Shown in pieces: positions 1 to 13,921 of a DNA stretch of 64,000 bases. The notes beneath the pieces were generated by a model. It did no database searches. It worked only from the letters and a program-made list of their open reading frames with translations, and was not told the DNA's origin. The stretch is from assembly GCA_050084985.1 (NCBI GenBank), contig JBITNC010000001.1, positions 144,274,001 through 144,338,000 on the forward strand, given 5' to 3'. The position numbers and the translations under genes are program-made. Source of the stretch: Nageia nagi (Eukaryota > Plantae > Pinophyta). Position 1 is the stretch's first letter. Every line of letters begins with the position of its first letter.

Positions 1-944
1 ATAAAACATAAGAATAATGTCTCATAATGTTCCAAGAAACAAAATACATTTATAGAGAAATAACAAAAAGGATCTCATTTCTCACCTCATCATTGGGACC
101 ACTTACTCATCTTCATCTTCCTCCTCAATTTCATTATATTGTATTGCATTTTTTGGGTCATTAGAGAATTTCATCAATTGATTCAAATCATAGGGTTGTA
201 TTTTCTCATGTATATGTTGGCTCGTACCTACAGGTAACTTAATATTTTGAGCAAACTAATCAGGTTTATGTTATGGATATCATAGCCCTATGTGGTTCTG
301 ATCCCTAACATCCATGCTCTAAAGCCCAAATCATCTTGAATCTAAAAATCTCCCAATGTTGGTGTTGGATGCAAAATTACAGGAGGTCTATACCACTGGC
401 CATACGAATTCAAGAGATTATCCCTAATGTATATAATAAATGCTTCAACTCTTCTTCTGCTACAATTCAAGTTCCTCATATTGATTATTTCCACCTCTTT
501 ATACTCTTATGTTTGCATATTCCACCTAATTGTACATGCTTGTAAAACCCTTTCAAAGTTCCTATCAATACTATTATGGCAATCTTGTAAATAAATTTGA
601 AGCATAACCTTGTAACTCTCTAGACTATTATTTCTAGTGAGAACTATTTTAAAGCTAGCTTATGCTATTCTAGAATATATGGGTTGCTAACAAATAAAGA
701 AAGTATCTTGAGAAGTTTTTTATCTGTATTCCTCTATGTTCTTGGCCCATTAGATCTGATTTAGGAGAATTGATACAAAGGCCTATAACTAGATGTCCCA
801 AATGTACAAATAGGGGAAAAACCTTATATTTCCATTCAACATAAAATTATGCATGTAAAATTTACACAACAAAACTTTTTTCTCCCCTCACTTAGAATAA
901 ACAAAAAGAAACAACTTATCATCATCAATATTGTAAGGAAGACC

Positions 945-2760
945 CTATTTAACCCTACCAACTTGCCATTTGAGGAATTGTTCCTTTAAATACATATTGT
1001 ATAAAATTGAAGATTGTTTCAATTGTACCACATCTTCGAATATGTCACAAAGATCTATTATAGCCTTATTAATTAAATGCACATCCCTAACCTCTTTCCT
1101 AGGTATTATGAGTTCTTCATAATGTTTTTCATGTATGTTGGCCAATTGTGTTGTTAGCTCTATATTCTGAAGTTTTAAATTTTCAAATTCCTTTTGTTAT
1201 CTTGCAAGTGCCTTTGATATTTATTCATTAATAATATCATCCTCACCTACAACGAGATGAGTCAATTTCACATTCTAAAGTTGAACCTTTAATTCCTTAG
1301 TTGCCTTCTATTTTCCTTCAAGTTCTAATTTTTTTAAGGTTAGATTTTTGCATTGTCTAACTAATTTATCATTCTTAATCTTGAATTTATTTTCCTCAGT
1401 ATTCATTTTTGCATTTTTCTCTTTCAAAAATTGAATCTTGGACATGATTTCATGAACTAGCATCTCATATTCTTTTGTCAATTGTCCAACTGTATCTATG
1501 ATCATTTGGATAGAGTTTGGTTCTTCCTTAGTTCATTTTTTTGGGTATTAGTTTCTTCTTCTTGCATAAAAAATTATTCCATTTTTTCATTCTAATTATA
1601 GGGTTCATCATACTCTTCTTCTAAGTATATCAATTATTTTGGGATTTCAAGGGTTGTAAAATAGCTAGAGTCCTCTTTTGAAGTTTCTTTACTACACTAT
1701 CTCTTAATTAGAGGTGTTGATGTTTGAGCCACTTCCTTCTCCCTTAACCATGTATATCTCCTCCTAAATGTCATGAAAAAGTATAACTTATCTTCATTAC
1801 TCAAATTTATAATCTTTTCAATCTTTGAATCCTTACCTCTTTCAAACTTCCTGTTATCACCACTACAAATAGAGGTTGAGTGGGATGCTGAAGGGTCTTT
1901 AGAAACAACCTCCTTATGTTGTGGTTGTTTAGAATACTTAGGTGATTCTATATTTTACTCTTCATTATCATCCATTTCTGAGGAATTAGAATGGTCCTCA
2001 AGCAATTCATCCTAGTTAGTACTATTGGATCCTCCTACAAATTCAAGTATATATGTGCATGTTTGATGAACCTCTATATTTGGTCTAGATTCAATTTCAC
2101 TAGGGCTCCTTGAAGTTTCCTCCTACATGGTTGAGATTATAGGTTTAGAAGATGGATCATACCCTAAGAAACCTACCCATAATTCTTGTCCATTAGTCTA
2201 AGCTAAGAAATCCTCTCTATATAGAATGGTAATTAAACCATGGTGCTTCAGGGTTGTGAGTTTATTTCTTGCATTTGCCCTAACCCATCTAGACATATTT
2301 TGTAGACTTTGATACCAAAATTTTGGAATGTTATAATTGAGTTCCAACCCATACCTTAAATTAATGAGTAATTTTAGGTGATGGCCCATGATTATTCTAT
2401 GTTGTCCTTCGCATGTTAGGAATTTGATGATCCATAATGCCACCTCCACCCATCAGTTTGGAAGAGGTTTTCTCTTAATTTCCTATACATGCATGGTCGT
2501 GATGTATTTCTCAGCCCTCTATTCTCCTCTTTGATGGAAGAAAGCATCATATTGCTCTCTAACAATCAAATTATCACCTATTGTAGGGAGTCCAGACACT
2601 ATAGCAATAGTCTCAATAGTAATGGGTATTATGTGACCCCTCAAATATGCAAAATTTTCTTCAAATTTTTATGCAAAATCTAGAATCAACTACTCATTAA
2701 AACCTTGGAACTCTTACTATCCTTCTATCCCTTGTCAATTCTATTATGTTCTCAAGTTCC
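945..2760 (-). pseudogene. Extra ORF of gypsy element downstream of integrase (FLTCEG...HHGLI-type region plus coiled-coil), fragmented
   Basis: 2198-2449 reads IIKFLTCEGQH..HHLKLL..L..NIPKFWYQSLQNMS..LKHHGLITILY, resembling extra-ORF proteins of non-flowering-plant gypsy elements. 1308-1505 is K/E/L-rich coiled-coil-like. Many stops and frameshifts. Confidence 0.5.
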
Positions 2761-3619
2761 TGCTTCATGTTTACTCCCATATTTTCTCTTTTAAAACTAT
2801 AAGCTCTATACTGAATTCTTTTGAGGTGATTTTCAAATGAAGGTCAATAAATTTTTCTAGCTTGTATAAAACCACTACATTCATTAATTACATACCATTA
2901 TCATCATTTTGCAAAGTTGAATTATCTCATGTTATATTTGGGACTAATGCATAACATGTGTATTCCTCATTTAGATTTGGACACCTATCTCTTTCATGTG
3001 ATCACTCTGACTCATAATTAAATGATTTTAACTTGGAACACATGTAAGATTACTAAGATATGATTTAAGCTTAAATCAACTATTAATTTAAAAATAAATA
3101 CATACCTCCACCATTAAATGTGTATCTTACAAGTGTCCTTATTTTAACATTTTTTATAGGTTTCCCTGAAGTGTTCAAGTATTCTGAAGCCTTTAAGTAT
3201 TTTAAAGTTGGTTTTCACTTTTGATGATTTTATAGTTATAATTCTAAACTTGTAACTATAGACCATTTCCCTTTAGAATAATTATTCCAAAAAGAAAACA
3301 TTTATTATAAAGTAATGGTAAGATATTAAAACCAAAAATATATGTTAAAATTCATCACATTTAACTATTCTTTAGAATATGGAAAACATTTTTTTTAGAA
3401 ACAGATAATGAATATGAGACATAAAGGTTTTCACCTAAATAAATGCTAATTTCCTAGTTTTTTTCTATCTTATTACCTTTATGACTACTCATTCAAAATC
3501 CATATTGATTCTATTTTCAGAATCAATCTTATTCCTATACAATGTTGTGGATTAAGGTTGTTTGGGTGAGGAAGATAAATCTTCCTCAATCAAATATAAC
3601 TCTTATTTCTTTAGTTATT

Positions 3620-3853
3620 CTATAAACTCTTCTTTAGTCATAGGAAAAGTGTAAGGTCATAGTTGATGCCCATTTACCAACATGATTCTACTAGAGTCAT
3701 CAATTGGTTGAAGTTGAATTGTTCCATTATCAAAGACTTGAAACATTGGATATGGCCCCAACCATCTAGTTTGTAGTTTCCCTAAGAAGGTTTGATACTT
3801 GTAATCAAACATTAAGACCCATTTTCTTGGAGTAAATTTGACATGTTTCATTT
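3620..3853 (-). pseudogene. Ty3/gypsy integrase C-terminal (GPY/F) domain remnant
   Basis: KF.PRKWVLMFDYKYQTFLGKLQTRWLGPYPMFQVFDNGTIQL...LVNGHQL matches the Athila-type KL.xRW.GP(F/Y)...NG...VNG.RLK signature. Confidence 0.9.
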
Positions 3854-6148
3854 GCTTGTTTTCTTGTCTATAATTAGGCCTTCACCTGGATGCCCACACA
3901 AGAGAAGCCCAAGTACTACCACTCCTCAATCAGTTTACCTTGGTCAATTTTATACTTTCTCACAAGGAGAAGTACCTACTATTTTCCAAGGTTATGATGT
4001 TTATTGGATCCATGAAATTATTAATCTTGATTAGGTTTCAAGTTTTCCTTCTAGGTTATCAGAATAATCCCTGAATGGCAATATGGACATGTGGTATCAC
4101 TACACACATGCCTATCCACCTATTGGAGTTATGTACAAACCAATAGAGGAATTAGGCACAATTGAGAAGTAAGGAATTTTCACCATTTGGATCATCGAAC
4201 TTAAAGGCTCCAGTCCATCTATCCTCACCTCATGGCTTCCCAAACAATTCATGTTGTAGAATGTACATGTAGATGTGTTCATTTTAGGGGGTTGCTCATT
4301 TTCAATGTTTGTGATTTTTGCATAAGTAAATAAAGTAAAAATGCAAAACATGAAGTAAAAGAGCATAAGAAAAAAAAAATCATCCATTCAAGATTTAAAA
4401 CCTAAATTTCCAATGGGTATTGTTTACCAACCCCTAAAGGACATCTTTACATCATTCCTAATTTTGCACAAGTCCATTTTGCATAAGCAAGTAAATTGCA
4501 TTATAACTTAAAAATTTAAAGTAATAAGCATGCATCATTGAATTAAAAAATCTAAGTCCTAAGCATTTAAATTAAGTCCTAAGCATGCATTATTAAATTA
4601 AAAATTTAAGTACTAAGTAGCATGCATTATAAAAATTTAAGTTCTAAAACATGCAATATTTTATCTAACATGCTATTAAAAAAAGAAGTATAAATTCCCT
4701 CCTTTTTTTTACTTAAAGTTCTATCACTAAATATAGCTTACAATTTTAAATTAGTAGTTAAAAATATACTTGTATAAAAAATTAGCTTCTAAGTATGTAA
4801 CCATTCTAATATACAAAGTAATTTCCCTTTTACTTAAAAAATTGCTAATAAAATGGTATTCCTCCCTTAGGCAAAAAAAAAAAAAAATTACCTTTAAAAG
4901 TGTTAAGTTTACTAATATTGATCATTTTGACTAAGTAAATTGTCATACTTAGAAGTATTTATTAAGGCAAATTAAAATTACATTCCAAAAGAAATGCCTT
5001 TATTTGCTACATTTTTCTAAAAAGTAAGATAGGATTTAAAAAGTAATGATGTATGTTTGACCATCTACATACTGTAAAGCATCATTATTGCAAATATTTA
5101 AGGGTGGAGTATAAGTACTTCTAAATGCATTTAATAAAAAAAAGGCTTGTAATTAAGCAAAAAACAAGTATATGTTTATAATCAATTAATGCTCCTAAAG
5201 AAGAAGATTTGCAAGTAAAGACAAATTAAATGCCCAACAACTATTGGGTCATTTAAAAAAAAAAAGAATTGGAGAGGGAGATCAAGGTAAATAATAAATA
5301 AAGTGAGTACCCCTCTTTTGAATAACAATAAAAAATTATAGTGTGAAGGTTGCGCAGGGTAAATGGAGGAGGGAGGACTCTAAGTATGTGCAACCAAAAA
5401 CATCAAAGTGCAATGCAAGGATTAGATAGGAGAGAGAACCAAGGAGGAACGATTGTGTGAGAGGGAGAAGCTAGCAAGGAGAGTTGATACGTGTTAGAAT
5501 AAGCCAAGATAAATGATGGATGAGTAGGTGGATATGAGCAAAAGGGGCTTAGAGAGTATCCCCACTCAGAGACTACTCACAAGATAGAGAGCGATTGAAA
5601 GAAAAGGGTGGTGAGAGGTTAGCAATGATGCGAAGGGATCCATAGGTTGAGAAGGGTGTTATCATGCACCCAAGTAGTGGTACTAAGAAAGTGGTAATAG
5701 AGCCACATAATAAATTCCCAAGCACTCATGTTGCAACACATTAACTTGTCCCTCATAGTCCAGCCATGCGATCGACATCTGCTCTACTATTCTTCCAAAG
5801 ATTTTGAAGAAAAGTTAGGATCATCAAAATCCCATGAGGATGAAGAAGAAAAAAAATGGAGGGATAGCCACGAAGGTTGCAAGAGAGGAGAGGGGGAAAA
5901 AATAAGATCAACCCACTACAGGGAGGTAGTAGGAGGAGCGATAGAGGCCATGAAGGGGCCAGTAGTGGAGCAAAAGTGGCTATGAGGAGGTAGAGGCTGA
6001 TGGCTAAGTCAGAAGCTTATGAGGAAAAAAATGTAGGCGACCAACATAGGAAAAAAATTCCACCCTAAAAAAAACTTGTATATATTTTTTTAATAAAAAA
6101 ATATTGAATTATTTTATTTGAAAAAAAAAACAAATACCCCTCCCCCTT

Positions 6149-6248
<100 letters not shown>

Positions 6249-6684
6249 ACAATCTTTTTAATTTACAAGATTATAGTAACATAGAGATTAGTATAAAAAA
6301 TTTGCTAGTTTTAAGTATATTAAAAAAATGAACTAACATATAGCACTAGAAATTAGTGTTAATATTATGCAGACTTGTATACTATCTCCTATTTTAATTA
6401 AAAATAACAATTTTTGAAAGAAATAAATTGCAAGTAACATAGGAGGTTAGTATAAAAAATAATGTGCTATCCATAAACTTTAAAAAAAAAAAAAACTAAC
6501 TTATAGCAAATAATATGTTAGTAGCATAATGCAATAATCCAACATAATAAAGGAAGGATGTTTATACCTTCATAATACTTTTACCTCAACAAAGAAGTGT
6601 AGGATGAGGAATGAATACCTCCAATATAAAGAGCTTCCACACCAAGGATGTGAAGAGGAGCTTCTAAGGACCTCTGATACCAAA

Positions 6685-7183
6685 TGAGAGAATTGAACTA
6701 TAATATGAACAACTCTAAACTCCCAAGATCACATGAAAGCTCATACTAACATCAAGATAACTCAAGAAGACAATCTCATAAAGTTACACAAGATGTAAGT
6801 GGTTCCTCCAACTAGCAGTACATCCACTAATTAGATCTCACTTCATTCACAAACATGAATCTTTTACAATTCTCCTAACTCATCTCCTAAACACTATCCA
6901 ATAGCATAGTTTTACTTCACAAATTAGTGTGTGATCATTAAGAGGGAGCCTTCTATTTATAGGCCAAAATCCCTCTTTGGATCACCCTTTTATCCAATGT
7001 ACAAAAGCATGACATGCACATCCTTTTACCCAAGGGGCATGCTCATGACATAGAGTGTAGGACAAGTTACATTATCATATTCACTTAAATACTTAATCTA
7101 TCAAATGATACCCTTAAGTATTAGTGAACTTACATAGAATATTATTACATAACCTTTACAATAATGCATTATACATTACAACA
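6685..7183 (-). repeat. 5' LTR of copia copy 1
   Basis: Minus strand reads TGTTGTAATGTATAATGC...CTCTCA, contains CTATAAATA and is followed by an iMet PBS. Homologous to 15972-16453 and 19493-19962. Confidence 0.92.
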
Positions 7184-8430
7184 CTATGAAATCATCCATA
7201 TACACTTCTACATAATCATTAATCAGATTAGCAAAGATGACTAATGAAACTCTTTAAAAAGTAGCAAGAACATTACATAATCCAAATGGCAAAACTTGAT
7301 AAACAAAAGTTCTAAAAGAATAAGTAAATGTTGTCTTCTCTTGATCTTTTTTTCTTCATAATTTTGAATGCCCAAGTTTTTATGCCCCAAGGATGCCTAC
7401 GAGGATGTCAAACCACTAGAATAAAGGCATAATGATAACATATATTTGGAATGATGCCTCTCTCTTGGAATTGCATGACATTGGTAGCATGAAATATAGT
7501 CAATGAGTCATCACATAAAATTTAGTCAATACAAATCAATGAAATTTGATTTTAGAATGTATCTATGGCTTTGGGTGAGCAACATGTAGGAAGATAAAAA
7601 TTTGACCTATTCAATGGTTAGATTAACAAGTCATAATGCAATTTAAATGCGATATCCTCAAGATTATGTACCATATATTGTGTGATAAATCAAGAAATAA
7701 TTAAAATTTAATGAGCCCATTAAAAATCACCATTAACTCATGTAAACATATGCCATTGATGCCCTATTTTTAGTATAATTTTAAATAAAAAATCAACAAT
7801 GAATGGGATGCACCCTCGAGATTTTGATAATGTTTGAATAAATTCTAGGGCTAAATTAGAGACAAATCCCACTAACTATATACTTATATCAAGGAAAAGC
7901 ACAACATCATTATCGTAGGATTGGCTATTTTGTATGTCCCAAAAAAGACATGAAAGCTATGAAATTTTTACCGATCATTTGGGCTCTTGATATGAAAATT
8001 TGGGGTGCATTGTTTTGAAAAAGAGTAATACCCTAATTGAGGACCCCAAATTCAACCTATAAGATGGAAAAGTAAGTAAAAAAAGGGGTCATTTTGACTT
8101 GTACACCTAAGCCACCTCAAGCTCTGATAGGTAAGCGATGACCTAGACCTAGTGCTACCAAAATTACCATCCTACCACCCACATCACATGGTCAGAGTGC
8201 CAATTGCACATATAGGGTGTGCATATAGAGTTGGAGGATATGCATAGAGGATTTGTGATAGTGTTTGAGAGGGATAGCTATGTTTGGGATTGATTGGATA
8301 AGTATTAGGTGCCTATCACAAGAAGGATAGGGCATCTAACAAAATACATTTGTAGCCTTCCCTTCGAGCATGTGGTAAGTAACATGTATCTTGCATTTGA
8401 TTATTATTTATTATTATTATTTTTTATTAG

Positions 8431-10270
8431 CAAACCAAATAGGCCATTGAATATCACAACCTTAGATTTGGCATGAGCCTTCTCTCACACCCAATAGTCT
8501 GATGACCTCCTAGCTAGATGCAAGCTAAGGGAGCTTGCCTATGTGGGCACTATGCAGATAGATACACCCCTTCTCATAGCACTGGTCGAGAGATGGGATT
8601 AGGACTAGTGTTCATTTCACCTATGCATTGGTGAAATGATAGTGACACTAGAGGATGTGTATCGAATCTAGGGTATCCCCATCAAGGGTAATCTAGTGTG
8701 GTGGCATGAGATGCATGATGATAACACTTAGGGAGCTAAGTGTTTATGGTTGATAGGATCAGATGATCATGACTAGGATCACTGATTAATGAGACTAGCT
8801 AAGGGTTATTGGTATGTTAGGGTAGGGAGGCACTTGAGGCTGCATGTGTAGCCATCATTACGATGTACCTATGTCTAGATAAGAGTCATTCAACCTTTCC
8901 ACTTGGAATGACATGGATAGTGTAAGATATATGCACATGAGGATGGTAGTTTACATGGGGGCTAATAGTACTAGAAAAATTATATCAAGACTTATACATG
9001 TTCGTCAACATTGATAAGGTCAACATGATAATTGCTCAAGCTAGCCTTTTACATGTCTAGGAATATGAGCATATCTTAGTGATCAGGCTAGTTGGATTAC
9101 AAAGGATGAGGGATGACCCAACATATGTGTCCTTAGTGTGTTGGACCAACCCATTGGGTGGATACTAGCCTCCTCGATCAGTGGAGGTTAAGAGGAGAGA
9201 CATAGATGACCTCCAAGAGGTAGATATAGTATGGATGTGTTATGCAAATTATGTGTGGCATGAGGATGCCCATCATCTAGTGGGGGTGAGGAAAACCCAC
9301 TTCCTCTAGACTAGGTAGAAGATAGTGGAGCCTTACCATCCAAAGTCAATGCTTCGATAGTTTGGTGTGCAACAACCGATCCCAGTAGTACCATCAATGT
9401 ACAGATAATACATAATGGACGGAGACATTCCTAATAGTTCTCAAGACATGCCAATGTGGTTTATGGATGATTAGAGCCACTAGTAGTGGATGGTGCTATG
9501 GAGGTGTCTATGGCTCTTGGGTTTCCCCTAATTATGCGACATGGTGGATAGCTATGCATCTAGGCCCATTGGGCTTGAATGAGTCAGAGAGTGAGAGTGA
9601 TGGTGCGATGATCCCACCATCAGAGGAGGAGAACCAAATGGACATGGATAATCTAATCCATGATAGGCCTCCAACACCAGGGGACTTGAGGTACTAGCAA
9701 TGGTTTCCCCCACTCTAGGTAATAAAGACTCAACTCATAACTTTTTATGATTTTCAAAATTTAAACATAGCCAAGAGAAACTAACAAGCACCATGTATGG
9801 TATGAAAGGGGATACAAATGCACATGTGGCTACCATGGAGGCTAAGTTGGCTAGATTGAGGCCTATGGAGGTTGAGTTGACTATTATGAAGGCAACTCTC
9901 GTGACTTGAGATGCACATGTGGCCTCAGTAGAGTAGATAGTGAATAACCTATAAGATAGTTTGACTATGCCTCCTTTAGACCAGTAGTGGACTTTTATTT
10001 AAGGCTAGCATGATCATATGGCTTCACAAGCCCAAGAGTTAGTGACATGCTCATAAGAGATTACCCAATTGTAGGTGAAGAACTTAAGAGTGAAGACTTT
10101 GCTAGAGGTCCATAAGATGATAGCCAGTGAGATCTCAGGTGGGGTCTCCATCTCAAGGGTGAATGGAGGCAGTGTGAGGAGGGTACGCTCGAGGATCAAT
10201 TCCTCCAATAGTGGTGGTAGTGCCCACCCATAGAGGTGGAGGATGTAGGGTCACGACCCATGTATATTCA
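8431..10270 (+). pseudogene. Plant mobile domain (PMD, aminotransferase-like, MAIN/MAIL-related) ORF remnant with C-terminal coiled-coil
   Basis: LLIALVERWD*D*CSFHLCIGEMIVTLEDVYRI*GIPIKG (from ~8570), FTWGLIVLEKLYQDL (~8950), LLHV*EYEH (~9050), IVWMCY (~9230), VEPYHPKSMLR*FGVQQPIP (~9325-9385): the hallmark PMD motifs in order, broken by TAG stops. Coiled-coil-like stretch at ~9820-9940. Confidence 0.9.
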
Positions 10271-10292
10271 TGATGTAAATTTTGAATCAAAG

Positions 10293-10294
<2 letters not shown>

Positions 10295-10334
<40 letters not shown>
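10295..10334. repeat. (AC)n(AT)n compound microsatellite
   Basis: Directly visible. Confidence 0.95.
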
Positions 10335-10929
10335 GATTTATTTGTAGAGTTAACACTCTTTGTTTTTTAGCTTTGTGTTGTATTTGGATTGTTCACACTG
10401 GACACACACACATGCACAATAAACCCTAAAAACTAATTCTCTAAAAATAAGACATGGTAAACACACACACATTATGTTATGTACAAATGATAACGAGCAT
10501 AAGACATGCACATAGCAAATTGAAATGACACATAGCCTAAAGGGACCAAGGAACTTTGGAGAAATCAGGAAAGGACATAAGGGTGTGTGTGAGCGTAGAT
10601 GTCATGACATAACATCCAAGATCATCCTAGAGGCTAAGACACAATGTTTAGAATGATAAAAAGTGGAAGTTAAACATTTTTCCTTAGGAAGAGCATGGTG
10701 TGGGAGCCCTAAAATAGAGATAGCAAGGCATTGGCATTATGCATAGAGATGAGTTTGATCCCCAGATTATAGACATAGGAAGGAATGATAGATACAGATT
10801 AGACAAAGCATTGGATTGGTGCACACACAGAATAGGAAAGCAAAAAGATATAAAAATACCCTAGGTACTAATATACATTAACTATGATGTTAAAAATATA
10901 TCAAGGAATAATCTTATGTACCTAGGGAG

Positions 10930-12230
10930 TTTTCTCCATTTAAATACACCTCACAAAAGGAGGGACAAAAAGAGGCACTTTTGTACTAGTCATCCTTATG
11001 TTGCTAGTGTCACACTATTTGATTTTGTTCCTATTCCTATTTGGAGGAGGATGCCTATATGCATGAGTGTTAGTAAAAAAAAATGTAAATTATGGGAAAC
11101 ACTTACTGTATCGATGCACCCTCGAGATTGTGAAGATGGTAGGGGATTATTGAATACCCCTAGGTGTGCGTTATCTGGATGTACAGGTCCCACCTATTCA
11201 ATTGGCTTGGGATCCATCCCAATTGCTCCATTATCAATGAAGTCCTGTATAAGATTATGAAGAGTCTTCCAATACCAGGTTAGATGATCAGGTACCCTGT
11301 GATAATTGCAAAATTCTTCATAGTGAAAAATTTTCATCACATCATTAGTAAACTTAAGCTCAACAATAGGAGGCAATTCAGTCATTTCCTCATCCAATAA
11401 TACATTAAAAATATTATCAATAGTATCAGTCAAATGAATGTATTGGCAAGTATGTTTAGGTGGAGAACTAACCATTTCTTGCATGCAACATGATTTGCTT
11501 CAACCTTAGTTTTATTTTCAATAATAAGTTTTGTAGGTGAAGCATGATCAGCATGTTTCATAGCATTCAATTTTTTAATGCATGATTCCTTTTTAGTGAC
11601 AATGTCAATCATATCTCCTAAATACATATCATGATTAGAGATGATAAATAGCTTATATATGGGCAATATACCATCCACAAAAATATGCTTGAGTTTGTGT
11701 TCATCAATGGTGATTTTATTAGCAGTTTATTTCCATACCTTCACAAAATCCTTCACTTATTGGTTAGGGAGTTATTTAATTTTGCACAATTCCTTAAGAT
11801 AAACCTTGTTAGTAATTTTAAAACCATAATTATGCAAAAATATGTGAATCAAATCCTCATACTTATCAATGTTGCTTTCAATAATTTGAAAGTATCATTT
11901 GAGAGCCTCATCCTTCAAACTGTAAGAAAACAACTTAGCCAACAAATCTTAATCATGCATATATTCAATAGCTTCTTCTTGTAATTTATGAACATGCATC
12001 CTATGATCCTACATACCATCAAAATTAGTAATTTTGATACTCTTTTTCCTAGGTATTATTTTGGTAAGAACTTTAGAAATGAGGAGCCTTTTTAAACATG
12101 AAAGGAAATCATCCTCCTCACTCACAATGTTATTAGATCCTACATCGATCTTTGGGGATGGTGGTGGGGAAGGAGGAGGTTGTTGTGTATTATTTGGTAT
12201 CTGAAGTGGAGTATTTTTCAAAATAGCAAA
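10930..12230 (-). pseudogene. gag remnant (Retrotrans_gag plus Tat/Ogre-type Cys/His knuckle) and start of protease
   Basis: KITNFDGM*DH, LLAKLFSYSLKDEALK*YF...FLHNY (~11830-11945), FCNYHRVPDHLT...LHNLIQDFIDNG (~11230-11315), HLGVFNNPLP, and a PPF motif at ~10960. Confidence 0.8.
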
Positions 12231-13328
12231 CTCATTAGTATAATTAACCCTATCCTACTCAAGTTTTTGCAATACCCCTACTAGCATTTCCAATTGTTCA
12301 TATGAAGGTTGTTTATGCCAATCAATTTTTTCTTGGATATCCATAATGATACCTACCTTAATATCATGCTCCTCAAGAGTCCAATTTGGTTGTAACTTAA
12401 AGGATTATTTAATAACTTTAGTAAGTTGCTAATTAATAAGAGTTTTAATCTCATCATTAGATAAAAGGACTTGACCTTTACCTTTCTTTTCTCTATCAAA
12501 GTAACATGGATTAAGGATCAAATTGTTGTAAGATTATTTCTCTTCATCCTTTGGTTCTAACTAATCATCATCTCCACAAACATCTTCTTCATGTGATGGT
12601 TGTTCCAACTCAGCATCAAGCTCTAGTTTAGGCTCTGTTCCATCAGGATCTATGTCACCCATGTCATGCTGATAATCAAGCACATCACTTGCACCATGTG
12701 TTTCATGGGTAGGATGGAGATGTTTCAAATATTCCTTATAAATGAATAGAATATATTTGGATTCTATAGTTGCAAAGTGGTTATCAAGCAAATTTGCATC
12801 TATAAGAAGTTCCACTATAGTAGAAGCATTACTACGAATAAAATATTATAGTCTTTCTTTATCGGATAATACCTATTAAATGAACCTAGCATGGTAGTGA
12901 ATCCTATCAAGATCATGGATTTCATCATCATTAAAGGGTTATATATTAGGAGACACATTATCCAAGTTGCTAGGATCAAGAATAACATAGTGATTGGGAG
13001 TCTCTCTAATAATGGACATTCATTTACCAAAATTTGAAGATTCAAAATCCCAGATCATATTAGGAGGAGGGATTTAAATATATAATTTAGGATTGATTTA
13101 AAGTCTTTTCCTAACCTCATAAAATTATGTTTTGGATTTGGATACTTTAGGGTTATTTAGATTGAGATCCATCTTTAGGATATAAGTAGAATAAACCCTA
13201 GTTTTATCTTGCTCTTTAGCTACTATTTGGAGCACTTCTTCTTCGGAGAGTAAGAGTAGCAAAACATGGATTCATGATGTTAGAGAAGGATTTTTCCCTA
13301 GATGAAGATCTAGGTGTGTAATAATTTT

Positions 13329-13921
13329 GGGTTCACCAAATGTAGATCCTAAATAATGCAATAATATGGTTAATTAGGGGAATTAACACATGCACTATTT
13401 GATCTATTAGTTTGTTAACATAAAGCAAGAATATGACAAGTGATTAAGCATACAGGTCCATTCCATTAATATGCATATTCAATTCATTAACAAAAAGCAT
13501 ACATCAAGAATGAACAATATTACATACATTAGCACGATATCAATGCCCTAGCAATAGTACACCATCGACATCATGTTAAGGATAAAATTAAAGATGCAAT
13601 GAAAGATAAAATGACAAGTGAATGAATGATTTATCAATATAATGAAAGTATGATAATGCTTGAGATAAGAAATTCACTTGTTATAGATAAGAAGCCCTTG
13701 CAAAGGCTTTCTTTGCAAGTGATGTTCAAGTCCTTGATTCTTTATCCAATCTTCAAATGACAAAGGCCTTAAGGTCTTCAGTAATTTGTTCCTTATCTAG
13801 TATCCTCTTGATGATAATCCCATATATCTCTTCATATGTCTTGAATGCCTTTATATAAGGATACTTCTATTATAGGATTTGATCCCTTATACATGCCACA
13901 AGGTCAAATACATGGCCTACA
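13329..13921 (-). repeat. 5' LTR (13341-13921) with adjacent PBS complementary to the tRNA-Trp 3' end
   Basis: Termini TGTAG...CTACA form a perfect 5-bp inverted repeat, with TATATAAA on minus at ~13851-13858. Plus-strand GGGTTCACCA (13329-13338) equals the 3' end of plant tRNA-Trp plus CCA. No partner LTR to confirm the outer boundary. Confidence 0.65.

Larger units (their letters stand above)
1..3853 (-). mobile_element. Degenerate Ty3/gypsy (Athila-like) retrotransposon, 3' portion (integrase C-terminus plus downstream extra ORF)
   Basis: Integrase C-terminal motif at 3657-3851, followed on the same strand by fragments of a long broken extra ORF (2198-2449, 1308-1505, 945-1145). Left boundary not defined. 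Confidence 0.65.
7184..13921 (-). mobile_element. Degenerate Tat/Ogre-like Ty3/gypsy element (5' LTR, tRNA-Trp-type PBS, gag, pol mostly deleted, antisense PMD ORF)
   Basis: LTR-like 13341-13921, PBS at 13329-13338, gag motifs at 11.1-12.1 kb on minus, PMD ORF on plus at 8.4-10.3 kb. No 3' LTR found, so the left end is uncertain. Confidence 0.7.

Noticed and set aside
790-895. Tiny LTR with PPT and PBS at the end of the Athila-like remnant
   Set aside because: A purine tract and a TACA-TTTGG motif exist on minus, but the implied LTR is under 90 bp and has no partner copy.
5728-5985. Short ORFs of the supplied track as host genes (this one and most others)
   Set aside because: No recognisable domains; most are chance ORFs or antisense shadows within decayed repeats.
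10153-10356. ORF with a CVCVCV repeat
   Set aside because: Translation artefact of the (AC)n microsatellite.
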